64,000 bases of DNA from Kiritimatiellia bacterium (GTDB taxonomy: Bacteria > Verrucomicrobiota > Kiritimatiellia > RFP12 > JAAYLN01), in contig JAGCUY010000007.1 of NCBI GenBank assembly GCA_017962605.1, positions 752 through 64,751 of the forward strand. The letters run 5' to 3'. Shown here piece by piece: positions 27,073 through 36,604 of the stretch. The number at the start of each line of letters is the position of its first letter. The stretch's first letter is position 1. The translations under genes were made by a program, and so were the position numbers. Below the pieces are notes generated by a model. It saw only the letters and a list, made by a program, of their open reading frames with translations, was not told the DNA's origin and searched no databases.

Positions 27073-28941
27073 ATGAACACAAACAGCACCCCGACTCTCG
27101 AACAGTTTACCGATGGCGCCACCGCCGTCCTCGCGTTGGAAGCCGCTCTTACGGGCAAACCCGTCGATCCGGAATTAATCAAGAAAATCGCCATGTGGAA
27201 GATGGGCATCTTCCGCATAGTCGTAATGGGCGAGATCAAAAAGGGAAAGTCTTCCTTCATCAACGCCCTTCTTGGCCACAAGAACCTCGTGCCAGTCTGT
27301 TCGGACGTGGCGACATCGACAATCTTCAAGATTTGCTACGGCGAAAAAGTCGGCTACAAGGTCTATTTCTTCCAGGACAGCGGCAAGGCTCCAGTCGCAA
27401 TCCAGGCGGATGAACTCCCCGCATACGGCACAGAGGACGGCAATCCCGGCAACGAGAAGCAAGTTGATTTCATACAAGTCTTCTGCCCGTCGCCGCTTTT
27501 GAAAGCTGGTCTTGTGATTGTCGATACCCCAGGACTTGGAGGACTCTTCAAGCAGCACAAGCGCATTACCTACCAATACGTTCCCAAAGCCGACGCCGTC
27601 TTCCTTGTCACCGACAGCGTTGAGTCTCCAATCGGACAGGCGGAAATTGATCTCCTTGGCGACCTCAAGAAGGTGACAAAGCACATCTTCTTCGTGCAGA
27701 CGAAATCGCGACTTGTCGATGCGGATGCCCGCGAAGCCCGCAAGGAGAACAATATTCGTACCCTCGCGGAACAGGCAGGGTTCGAGAAGGACAAGATCAG
27801 GTATTTCGTTGTGGATTCGGCGACCAAATTCGCCGCCGACGAGGAACATGACTTGAAGAAGCTAGACCGCAGCGGCTTCGGCGAAGTGGCGCGTTTCGTG
27901 AACGGCTACATTCGCCCGAATGTCCACCGGCTCATCATGGCCCGCGCCATGGCGGAAATGCGTCCGAAAATCGACGCCGTATCGCGCGAACTCGACGCCC
28001 AGGCCGCAATCCTAAAGACAAAAAACGAGGAGGAACGTCAGGCCGCTATCAACGAACTGACGCGGGAACAGGAGCAGCTCAAGGCATGGGACTCTACGGA
28101 AAAGCGGGTCGTCTTGGCCATGCTTGAGGATGGCCTTGTCGAAGTCCGCGAGAAAGCGCTTGATACGATAGGCGCGTATAGGCCCAATGGGGCATTCCAT
28201 CAGGAAGTCTCTGCGACTCTCGCTAATCTTGATTCGGCAACGCAAATCGAGGATGCGCTGACAATTATCCAGCAGAACCTCTCCGATACCCTTTCTCAGG
28301 TTCTCTACGACACCGAGAAGGAAATGTCGCAGGGATGCGTGAAACTGCTTTCAGAAATCAGCCGGAAAATCGGCAAGTCTGTGGAACAAGGCGTCCTTCA
28401 GTCCGACTCGAACATTAGCGTTCCGATTTCGGGAGTTCCCGTGGAGATTAATAAATCGACGATGTTTGAGTCTTTGCGAAACGGATGGTTTGGAGGAACG
28501 TTCGGGGCGGCAATTGGTGGAGCCATCGGTAGTATTGTTCCGGTTGTTGGAACGACTGTTGGCGCATGGGTTGGCGCTTTTGTCGGCGGTGCGCTCAGCG
28601 GACTGTCATCAAACAAGCACGAAATGATTGCCGCTCGCAATCAGGCAGGTGCGGTCTTTGGCGGATGGCTTGCCAACGCATACGCCGAGATGTCGCAGAA
28701 AATCGGCTCGGCGCTAGACCAGATCAAGCGCAACGTCACGCGCGGCGTCACGGAAGCGGTGACTTCCGTCATCAAGGAGAAGGCCGACCATATCGCTGAA
28801 CTCAAGCAGATGGGGCAGAAGAGCAGCGAAGAAATAAAGGCGAAGATGGCGGAACTTCAGAAGCGCCAGCAGCAGTTCAAGCAAGCCGTCAACGACATGC
28901 AGGGCGGCGGTGCGGCAGCTGCAGCCGCCAAGGGAGCGTAG
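27073..28941 (+). CDS. Bacterial dynamin-like protein (BDLP/DynA-family large GTPase), copy 1
   Basis: G1 'GEIKKGKSSFINALLG', G3 'VIVDTPGLG', and long helical C-terminal stalk/paddle regions. Confidence 0.7.
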   Translation: MNTNSTPTLEQFTDGATAVLALEAALTGKPVDPELIKKIAMWKMGIFRIVVMGEIKKGKSSFINALLGHKNLVPVCSDVATSTIFKICYGEKVGYKVYFFQDSGKAPVAIQADELPAYGTEDGNPGNEKQVDFIQVFCPSPLLKAGLVIVDTPGLGGLFKQHKRITYQYVPKADAVFLVTDSVESPIGQAEIDLLGDLKKVTKHIFFVQTKSRLVDADAREARKENNIRTLAEQAGFEKDKIRYFVVDSATKFAADEEHDLKKLDRSGFGEVARFVNGYIRPNVHRLIMARAMAEMRPKIDAVSRELDAQAAILKTKNEEERQAAINELTREQEQLKAWDSTEKRVVLAMLEDGLVEVREKALDTIGAYRPNGAFHQEVSATLANLDSATQIEDALTIIQQNLSDTLSQVLYDTEKEMSQGCVKLLSEISRKIGKSVEQGVLQSDSNISVPISGVPVEINKSTMFESLRNGWFGGTFGAAIGGAIGSIVPVVGTTVGAWVGAFVGGALSGLSSNKHEMIAARNQAGAVFGGWLANAYAEMSQKIGSALDQIKRNVTRGVTEAVTSVIKEKADHIAELKQMGQKSSEEIKAKMAELQKRQQQFKQAVNDMQGGGAAAAAAKGA

Positions 28942-28944
28942 CAA

Positions 28945-30555
28945 ATGGGCGATGCGCCATCGGGAATAGGCCGCAAGTTGCAGGAGTCGTTCCGTGACTT
29001 CCTGCACGAGTCGGCGGAGATGTTCGGGGAATACGGGTTCCTCGGCGACTGCGAACGACAGCTTCGTGAACTGGAAGCTGGCATCGTCCGGCCCTTCAAC
29101 ATCGCGGTATTCGGACGCATGAAGACCGGCAAGAGTTCGCTCATCAACGCCCTGCTTGGTCGCGACCTCGCCATCACCGGCGTTGAGGAGACGACGGCGA
29201 CAGTAAACGTCATCTCGCATTCGGATGACCCCGCTATGCGCGGCAAATTCACCGTCCACTGGAAAGACCGTCCGCCTGAAACGTTCCTGCTTGACCGCCT
29301 CACCGTAGACTGGTCAGGCAAATCGAGGGAGGTCGTTGAGAAGGTCGCGAACACGGCCTATCTTCAACTCTACTCGGACGACCCCGCCCTAGCCCTCCAC
29401 GAAATCATTGACACGCCAGGAACAGGTGCGGCGGTCTCTGACCATGAGAAAGTCGCCCAGGCCTTCCTTGATCCGTCCGTGCAGGAGGGGCGCAAGGCCG
29501 ACGCGCTTGTCTATGTCTTTGGCATAAACGGGCGCGAGACCGACGAGGCGAATCTCAAGACATTCCGCGAGGGATGCCTACCCGGATCAAGGCCATACAA
29601 CAGCGTCGGCGTTCTTCACAAATGGGATGCCACCTATTGGAACTCCGGCGGAGACTGGGCGGAAATCCAATCGAAGGCCGAACGCCTAAAAGGGCAGATG
29701 GCTTCCGTCGTGGCGGATGTCATCCCAGTCAGCGCACCAATCGCCATGGCCGCCGCGCGGGCGACCGACGACGACCTCGCGACGGTCATTGCGCTAATCG
29801 GCAATAAGGGCGGCGAGTCCGTGGAGTCGCTGCTACAGGACGATGAAGACTGGAACGACGATGCGGACTGCCTGGCCTTGCGAAAACGTTTCACAATCCC
29901 TTGGATTTGCTTCCGGGTCTGTGTCCGCGAAGCCATCAAACTTGGCGATGGTGCGATGCCGGAGACACTACGCGCCCGTCTCCGCGAACTAGGCGGCATT
30001 GATCGTCTCCGCTCGTTCCTCGACCGGAACTTCTTCAAATCCGCCGCGCTCATCCGGCAGCGCCAGCAATATGCACGATTCCTCCGCGTCAAGGACGAGG
30101 CATACGCCCGCATACAAGACCGTCAGGAGGAACTGGAAACGGACGCCAAAAACTGGGATGCCCTATTTGAGCGGTCGATTGAACCAAGGTCTATTGCTTC
30201 CTGGGTCGAGCGAAAGCGCTTCCATGCAAAATCGGAACTGGAGACGCTCGTTCGGAAATGGACGGATCAGGACGGCCGATACCTCAACAGCGGCATCCCG
30301 AAGATCCTCGACGACCTCAACGCGCTGGACTGGTGCGCCGCCCATCCCGAACGCATATCCGAGACGGAGCTTGCGGCTCTTAATACGATGGCCGATCGCC
30401 TCGCCGGCGATGAAGCTGCCGCTTTGGACGCGGACATGCTCCGCGCCGTAAAAAAGCGCTTTTCGTCGCTCCGGCTCGGAACGCTGGACGCCGCAGGGCG
30501 CAAACTCGCCGATTATCTTTCACGCCGCATTGACGCCGCACTCCGCCTGAAATAA
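28945..30555 (+). CDS. Bacterial dynamin-like protein, copy 2 (paired with copy 1)
   Basis: G1 'GRMKTGKSSLINALLG' and G3 'IIDTPGTGA'. A 3-nt gap separates it from copy 1, the typical tandem BDLP arrangement. Confidence 0.7.
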   Translation: MGDAPSGIGRKLQESFRDFLHESAEMFGEYGFLGDCERQLRELEAGIVRPFNIAVFGRMKTGKSSLINALLGRDLAITGVEETTATVNVISHSDDPAMRGKFTVHWKDRPPETFLLDRLTVDWSGKSREVVEKVANTAYLQLYSDDPALALHEIIDTPGTGAAVSDHEKVAQAFLDPSVQEGRKADALVYVFGINGRETDEANLKTFREGCLPGSRPYNSVGVLHKWDATYWNSGGDWAEIQSKAERLKGQMASVVADVIPVSAPIAMAAARATDDDLATVIALIGNKGGESVESLLQDDEDWNDDADCLALRKRFTIPWICFRVCVREAIKLGDGAMPETLRARLRELGGIDRLRSFLDRNFFKSAALIRQRQQYARFLRVKDEAYARIQDRQEELETDAKNWDALFERSIEPRSIASWVERKRFHAKSELETLVRKWTDQDGRYLNSGIPKILDDLNALDWCAAHPERISETELAALNTMADRLAGDEAAALDADMLRAVKKRFSSLRLGTLDAAGRKLADYLSRRIDAALRLK

Positions 30556-30567
30556 AGGATCACGACA

Positions 30568-32718
30568 ATGACAAACGCAATTGGAATCGACTTTGGAACA
30601 TCAAGGACTATGGTGTCCTATCTGGATTCATCCACGGGCAGGGTGGAATTAGTGACTTTTGGGTGTGATAGGTTCGTGCCCACGACCGTTCACATTGATG
30701 AAAAAGGGCAATATCTTTTCGGTAAAGATGCGGACGAACTGATTGCCACCGATCCCGAAGGCTACTGCCGAGCCTTCAAATTGCATCTTGCGGAGAGTGA
30801 TCCTATATTGCCTCGCGCGGGGGCTACGGCTGAGGATTTGGCGAAGCGTTTTCTTGGCCATATAAAGGAGGAGTGCGAACAGAACGTTTTCCACGGTGAA
30901 CCAATCGGCATGGCGACCATTACGGTTCCGGTATCGTTCTCTCCCGCTCGCAAGGCGGCCTTGAAGCGGGCTGCGGAGGCGGCGGGATTCGCCAAGGTGT
31001 CGTTTCTGCCGGAACCCGAAGCCGCCGGCATAGCCTTTCTGCGCGACAACCCAACGGACAAGTTCTCTCGCGCGCTCGTTCTTGATTGGGGCGGCGGAAC
31101 GCTTGACATAGCGATTATTTCGCGGGATGAAGACGGAACCATCCATGCTGACAGCCATTGCGCCGAGGGGCGTGATGATGTGGGCGGAGAGGAAATGGAC
31201 AGACGGCTCCTTGAAGACATCTCTGCAAAGTGGAAGACCGCTTTTCGGAAACAGCTTTTAAACGATGAGCTGGATGGTGTCCGTTTTTTGCGCAAGTCGC
31301 AAGAAACAAAGGAGAAATTGTCGCAAAAGAGCACGGCTCCCTTCTGGGGCATTCCGCCACAAAAAATAGATGTCACACGGGAGCGATTCAGTCAGCTCAT
31401 CGACGAAATGCTTGATTCCGCCGTCGATTTGATCAAGTCGGCGCTTGCGAAAAACAAAAAACGAGGGAATCCTGCCCCAGACGCCATCCTCCTAATCGGC
31501 GGCACGAGCCAGGTGCCAGCTGTCCGCGAGGCGATGGAGACGAACTTTCCTCAACTCCGTGTTCTTTCCTGGCATCATTCTCACGAGGCCGTCGCCTTGG
31601 GGGCGACAGTGGTAGATGCGGCGGCGAATCCTCAAAAGAACATGCATTCTACTGAAAAGAACACGAATCGAAATCACAAAACTTCTCCAAGGAAGAATAG
31701 AGGTCATTTTGATGTCGTTTGTCCACATTGCGGAAGCATCGAAGATGTGACTGGCAAAGGCCGTTGGAAGTGTGATAATTGCGGCAAACCCTTTGATGTA
31801 GATTCCCGTTCTCATGTTTCAATACCAAAAGAAGAGGAAGGGCCGCAAGCCGACTATTCTGGCAAATGCTTTGAAGAAGCGTTATCCCGCGCAGGTGAAT
31901 TGGCGGAAAATAATGAGTTGAGAAAACTGAAAAAATGCGACGCCGACATTATTGCGAAAGCCGCAGAGAACGGCAATATTCGTGCTGCTGCCATTCTTGG
32001 CCGCCTCTATTCAGAAGGATCTCGTGGCTACCAGGTGGACAACGGGTTGGCGATAAACTGGATGACAATAGCGGCAAATGCGGGTGATAATGACAGTCAG
32101 GCAATTCTTGCTTTGTGGTCTCTTGGTGGCGAAAACAGCCCTGCGCAGAAGAATCGTTCAAATGCACTTAAATGGTCCGAAATGGCTTATGATGGGAATA
32201 GAAGCCTAAAAAACCAAGCGATTCTATTGATTGTTCTGTCGTCTTTTGAAGATCCGGACAAGACACGCATAAGGCGTATAGGCCAAAACATAGATGGCAA
32301 AGTTGCCGATAAAGCCCCGGAAGAATTTTCAACAGCGGAACAAGTACTTCTCGGCATCGTTTATTCTTCTCGAGCTGTTCTGGCTATGAAGTCTGGTAAC
32401 TATGAAAAGGCTCGCCAATTCCTGCAAAAGGGTGCTGACTTTGGAAATCAAGAATCCGTTGACGCTTTGGCGGAATTGGATAGTGAAGCAAACGAAGAGG
32501 AAAATGCCTCAGAAATAACAGATAAACGTACAAATCTGGAAAAAGAAGTAAATCGAAAACCTAAAAAAAACTCTTATACTGATCCCAATGATGCGGCATT
32601 AAGCGGTGCCGCAATTGGAGCCGTCATCGGGACTATCATCCCAGGCGCTGGAACTCTTGCTGGAGCAGGAATCGGTGCAATAGCCGGAAGGCTCAAGGCA
32701 TGGTGGGACAATTTGTGA
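30568..32718 (+). CDS. Hsp70/DnaK-type nucleotide-binding-domain ATPase fused to zinc ribbon, Sel1/TPR-like repeats and a C-terminal glycine-zipper membrane helix
   Basis: Phosphate-1 'IGIDFGTSRTMVSY', phosphate-2 'LVLDWGGGTLDIAIIS' and adenosine 'ILLIGGTSQVPAVRE' are present. Zinc ribbon is 'CPHCGS...CDNCGKPF'. Sel1-like 'AAILGRLYSEGSRGYQVDNGLAINWM'. C-terminal 'GAAIGAVIGTIIPGAGTLAGAGIGAIAG'. There is no Hsp70 substrate-binding domain. Confidence 0.65.
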   Translation: MTNAIGIDFGTSRTMVSYLDSSTGRVELVTFGCDRFVPTTVHIDEKGQYLFGKDADELIATDPEGYCRAFKLHLAESDPILPRAGATAEDLAKRFLGHIKEECEQNVFHGEPIGMATITVPVSFSPARKAALKRAAEAAGFAKVSFLPEPEAAGIAFLRDNPTDKFSRALVLDWGGGTLDIAIISRDEDGTIHADSHCAEGRDDVGGEEMDRRLLEDISAKWKTAFRKQLLNDELDGVRFLRKSQETKEKLSQKSTAPFWGIPPQKIDVTRERFSQLIDEMLDSAVDLIKSALAKNKKRGNPAPDAILLIGGTSQVPAVREAMETNFPQLRVLSWHHSHEAVALGATVVDAAANPQKNMHSTEKNTNRNHKTSPRKNRGHFDVVCPHCGSIEDVTGKGRWKCDNCGKPFDVDSRSHVSIPKEEEGPQADYSGKCFEEALSRAGELAENNELRKLKKCDADIIAKAAENGNIRAAAILGRLYSEGSRGYQVDNGLAINWMTIAANAGDNDSQAILALWSLGGENSPAQKNRSNALKWSEMAYDGNRSLKNQAILLIVLSSFEDPDKTRIRRIGQNIDGKVADKAPEEFSTAEQVLLGIVYSSRAVLAMKSGNYEKARQFLQKGADFGNQESVDALAELDSEANEEENASEITDKRTNLEKEVNRKPKKNSYTDPNDAALSGAAIGAVIGTIIPGAGTLAGAGIGAIAGRLKAWWDNL

Positions 32719-32754
32719 CATCGCAAGCACATTACGTTCAGGTTGAATAATAAG

Positions 32755-35340
32755 ATGAATAATTCTATCGGCATCGACTTCGGCACCACCAAGACGATGG
32801 TGTCGTATTTGAATCCCGTCACCGGCAGGGCGGAACTCGTCGTTTTGGATAAAAATCGCGACCGGCCTTCCATCCCTACGACTATTCATCAGGATGAAGC
32901 AGGGCAAGTCGTTTTTGGTGAAGAGGCCGATGACCAATTAGCCTATGATCCCGAAGGCTATTGCCGCGCCTTCAAACTTCATCTGGGGGAAAACGACCCC
33001 GTGTTGACTCGGACGGGGGCTACGGCGGAGGCACTGACGGAGCGCTTTCTTGAACATATCAAAGAGGAATGCGAACTGAACGTCTTCCACGGAGAGTCGA
33101 TAGACACGGCGACCATCACGGTGCCGGTGCTGTTCTCTCCTTCGCGAAAGGCGTCGTTGAAGCGTGCCGCGGAGGCGGCCGGATTCTCCTCGGTTTCGTT
33201 TCTGCCCGAGCCGGAAGCCGCTGGAACGGCGTTCCTGCGCGACAATCCGGCAGACAAGTTCTCACGGGCGCTTGTCCTCGACTGGGGTGGCGGCACACTC
33301 GACATCGCCATCATTTCCCGGAACGAAGATGGGGCTATCCATGCGGACCGCCATTGCGCGGAAGGACGCGATGACGTAGGCGGAGAGGAGATGGACAGAC
33401 TATTGCTTGGCGCGGGAAATGAATTGTGGCGCGCTACATTCGGGTTGCCCTTGATTGAGTCCGAGGAAAACGAGCCGAAGCTCTTGCGTGAGGCGGAGAA
33501 AGTAAAGATTGGCCTTTCCCGCAAGGATACGGCTACTTTTAGGCGCGTGACGAGGAAAGTCGATGTCTCACGGGCGCAGTTCAAGCAACTTATTGCGGAA
33601 ATGCTCGATTCTGCAGTCGAACTTGTCCAGTCTTCGCTTGCGAAGAACAAGAATCAGGGCAATCCCGCGCCAGACGCCATCCTTTTGATTGGCGGCACTT
33701 GCCAGATTCCAGCCGTCCGCGAGGCAATGGAGACAAACTTTCCTGAACTCCGTGTCCTGTCATGGCATCATTCGCACGAGGCTGTGGCGCTGGGAGCTAT
33801 AGGAACTACCACGGCAAATATCCATTCTGGCGTCAACTTCAAATTCCAAGCCAAATACGATTGGCTCAAAAGAGAGAGGGTGCCAACTCTAGGAGGCGCA
33901 ATTGAATCCGGCATCTACCAGACTCCAGATGGAGGCTGGCAGTGCAACTACGACGGAGATTGGGGGTATGGTTGCGCGATAACGCTTCGTCCCGGCGAAG
34001 CCGAACCCTATGAAGTCCACGGTGAGATCTGCAAACGGTGGTATTGGGAAGGCGGTGCCTTTGACGAAAACGGCAGACGAGGCTGGTTGGGCTATCCTAT
34101 CTCCGACGAAGAGGCCTTTGAAGGCGACGGCGATCCCGCCGATCGCATTTCGCACTTCGAGAACGGGGACATCGTATGGTCGGAGAAAACGAAAGAGACC
34201 CGCATCGTCAACATCAAGGATCTAGCAAAGTGGCGCAACTTCAAATTCCAAGCCAAATATGATTGGCTCAAGAGAGAGAGGGTGCCAACTCTTGGGAGCG
34301 CAATTGAACCCGGCATCTACCAAACTCCAGATGGAGGCTGGCAGTGCAACTACGACGGAGAATGGGGGTATGGTTGCGCGATAACGCTCCGTCCCGGCGA
34401 CGCCGAACCCCATGAAGTCCACGGTGAGATCTGCAAACGGTGGTATCGGGAAGGCGGTGCCTTTGACGAAACCGGCAGGCGGGGCAGGTTGGGCTATCCT
34501 ATCTCCGACGAGGAGGCCTTTGACGGCGACGGCGATCCCGCCGACCGCATTTCGCACTTTGAGAACGGAGACATCGTATGGTCGGAGAAAACGAAAGAGG
34601 CCCGCGTTGTCAACATCAAGGATCTGGCAAAGTGGCGCAACTTCAAATTCCAAGCCAAATACGATTGGCTCAAGAGAGAGAGGGTGCCAACTCTTGGGGG
34701 CGCAATTGAACCCGGCATCTACCAAACTCCAGATGGAGGCTGGCAGTGCAACTACGACGGAGAATGGGGGTATGGTTGCGCGATAACGCTTCGTCCCGGC
34801 GATGCCGAACCACATGAAGTCCACGGTGAGATCTGCAAACGGTGGTATCGGGAAGGCGGTGCCTTTGACGAAACCGGCAGGCGGGGCTGGTTGGGCTATC
34901 CTATCTCCGACGAGGAGGCCTTTGAAGGCGACGGCGATCCCGCCGACCGCATTGCGCACTTCGAGAACGGAGACATCGTATGGTCGGAGAAAACGAAAGA
35001 GACCCGCATCGTCAACGTGTTGACGGATGAAGCTTTGCGCCTATTTGCCGGATTATCCCAAGTAGATGGCGCCTTAAACCAAACGGAAGTTGATTTCATG
35101 GAGAAATGGTATCCCGGTTCCACTACCAAGTCGGCGTGGAACGAAAAATTGCTGTACTCCGACGAAACAATAGAAGCATTAGCCGACAATGCCGCAACAT
35201 CATACAATTGCAACAAACAAGTATTGTCGGCGTTGATGCAGCATCTATGCGAATTCGTTTTATGCGACGGCCTCATGAATTCAAGCGAGAATGCTGCGCT
35301 CTCGTGGATCAACTATTTCTTCTTTACCAAGTATCAATAA
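32755..35340 (+). CDS. Hsp70/DnaK-type NBD ATPase fused to three tandem LGFP-like repeat modules
   Basis: 'IGIDFGTTKTMVSY', 'LVLDWGGGTLDIAIIS' and 'ILLIGGTCQIPAVRE' are present. Then come 3 x ~134-aa repeats containing 'GWLGYPISDEEAFEGDGDPADRISHFENGDIVWSEKTKE'. Start is ATG at 32755 (TTG at 32743 is also possible). Confidence 0.65.
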   Translation: MNNSIGIDFGTTKTMVSYLNPVTGRAELVVLDKNRDRPSIPTTIHQDEAGQVVFGEEADDQLAYDPEGYCRAFKLHLGENDPVLTRTGATAEALTERFLEHIKEECELNVFHGESIDTATITVPVLFSPSRKASLKRAAEAAGFSSVSFLPEPEAAGTAFLRDNPADKFSRALVLDWGGGTLDIAIISRNEDGAIHADRHCAEGRDDVGGEEMDRLLLGAGNELWRATFGLPLIESEENEPKLLREAEKVKIGLSRKDTATFRRVTRKVDVSRAQFKQLIAEMLDSAVELVQSSLAKNKNQGNPAPDAILLIGGTCQIPAVREAMETNFPELRVLSWHHSHEAVALGAIGTTTANIHSGVNFKFQAKYDWLKRERVPTLGGAIESGIYQTPDGGWQCNYDGDWGYGCAITLRPGEAEPYEVHGEICKRWYWEGGAFDENGRRGWLGYPISDEEAFEGDGDPADRISHFENGDIVWSEKTKETRIVNIKDLAKWRNFKFQAKYDWLKRERVPTLGSAIEPGIYQTPDGGWQCNYDGEWGYGCAITLRPGDAEPHEVHGEICKRWYREGGAFDETGRRGRLGYPISDEEAFDGDGDPADRISHFENGDIVWSEKTKEARVVNIKDLAKWRNFKFQAKYDWLKRERVPTLGGAIEPGIYQTPDGGWQCNYDGEWGYGCAITLRPGDAEPHEVHGEICKRWYREGGAFDETGRRGWLGYPISDEEAFEGDGDPADRIAHFENGDIVWSEKTKETRIVNVLTDEALRLFAGLSQVDGALNQTEVDFMEKWYPGSTTKSAWNEKLLYSDETIEALADNAATSYNCNKQVLSALMQHLCEFVLCDGLMNSSENAALSWINYFFFTKYQ
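33835..35013 (+). repeat. Near-identical 402-bp tandem repeat x ~2.9 inside the Hsp70-NBD gene
   Basis: Units start at 33835, 34237 and 34639 ('aacttcaaattccaagccaaata(c/t)gattggctcaa...'), with only a few substitutions between copies. Confidence 0.85.
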
Positions 35341-35425
35341 TGGCATCTGGATGCAGCCAAAAGCACACCATCTAGGAGGAATAACCATGGCCACAACCAA
35401 GACATCCACCACGGAGGACTAATTC

Positions 35426-36592
35426 ATGGGACACACAACCGAACCAACTGGCGAGAAGCCGCCTGTTGAGCAATGGCTCGCAAACACTGGAAAGCATTCT
35501 GCGGAATGGACTTTCCGATCTGTCAAGAACTTCTTCAAATTTGAACACCCAACCGAAACAGAGGTTTCACGATTCGGAAGTGCCGCAGCCACTTTTGAGT
35601 TTTCCCGATTGTTTCCGCTTGCCGTCGTTTGCCTTGGCTTCGGATGGATTGGATCATGGATATGCTCTGTCTGCGATTTGGATGTAGAATCCGATTCCAG
35701 ATGGGCGATATGGCCAATCGCCTTTCTTGCCCTATATGGTGTTATTAGAGCTCTGAAGCATTTCCTGCGGCCAAAGAGCATCGAATGGTGGCCAAATGCG
35801 CTGATCTGTGCATTTACTGCCACAATAGGGTTGCTAACCCTTTTCCTCTTTCAGAGCCTGGCTGACGTAATGGCGGATATTGACGCAAGGCGCGGTTTTG
35901 TGGCATTGGTAAAAATGATTGGGCAATGCTATCGAGCAGTTGACGATCCCGAAGCTGGTCTTTCTGAGAAGTTCATAGGCTATATTGGAGGAGTCGGTCT
36001 TTGTGAGGAATCCGTGAAGATTCTCCCAGTTTGCCTCCTGATGGTCAACAGGAAAAAACTGCCGTTCAGACTTGAATTGTCTTTCCGGTCATTTTTGACA
36101 TTGGCATTCTTCTCCGGACTTGGTTTTGGCATCGGGGAGGCGCTATATAGCTATGCCATTCCTGAAAATGGCGATTTGGATGCCCAATTGTCACGGTGGT
36201 TCGCCTGCGTCCCCTCGCATGCGATCTATACAATGATCGATGCCGCCTTCCTTTGGCTACTGCAACCGCAAATCCAAAGAGCCGCAGACCCCAGAATAAA
36301 AGTAGGTTGGTTTGTCCTTTGCGTGGCAACAGTCGCTGTCTTGCATGGGATCTACGATGTCCTTTGCGTAATTCCATTTGTGGGCGTGCTCCTTGATGCG
36401 GCTTCGTTGGTGCTACTTTGGTGGGCGGTGCGGTTTTCCATTCGGCGCCGCTCCTCGGTTGACGGTTCGGATTCTTCGGGCCTAGAGGACTTCAACGCCA
36501 TGACTTTCAATACTTTTGGCAAATTTTTTGCCAAGACATATCTCATCATTCTCGTCGGCATTATCCTTTATGCCAAGTTCTGGTGTCTTTGA
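35426..36592 (+). CDS. PrsW-family intramembrane metalloprotease (anti-sigma-factor site-1 protease-like)
   Basis: RBS 'ggagga' plus ATG at 35426. Multi-TM. PrsW signature motifs 'CEESVKIL' (EExxK), 'GFGIGEALYSY' (FGxxE) and 'HGIYDVL' (HxxxD). Confidence 0.6.
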   Translation: MGHTTEPTGEKPPVEQWLANTGKHSAEWTFRSVKNFFKFEHPTETEVSRFGSAAATFEFSRLFPLAVVCLGFGWIGSWICSVCDLDVESDSRWAIWPIAFLALYGVIRALKHFLRPKSIEWWPNALICAFTATIGLLTLFLFQSLADVMADIDARRGFVALVKMIGQCYRAVDDPEAGLSEKFIGYIGGVGLCEESVKILPVCLLMVNRKKLPFRLELSFRSFLTLAFFSGLGFGIGEALYSYAIPENGDLDAQLSRWFACVPSHAIYTMIDAAFLWLLQPQIQRAADPRIKVGWFVLCVATVAVLHGIYDVLCVIPFVGVLLDAASLVLLWWAVRFSIRRRSSVDGSDSSGLEDFNAMTFNTFGKFFAKTYLIILVGIILYAKFWCL

Positions 36593-36604
36593 GGAGTATT
36601 CATC

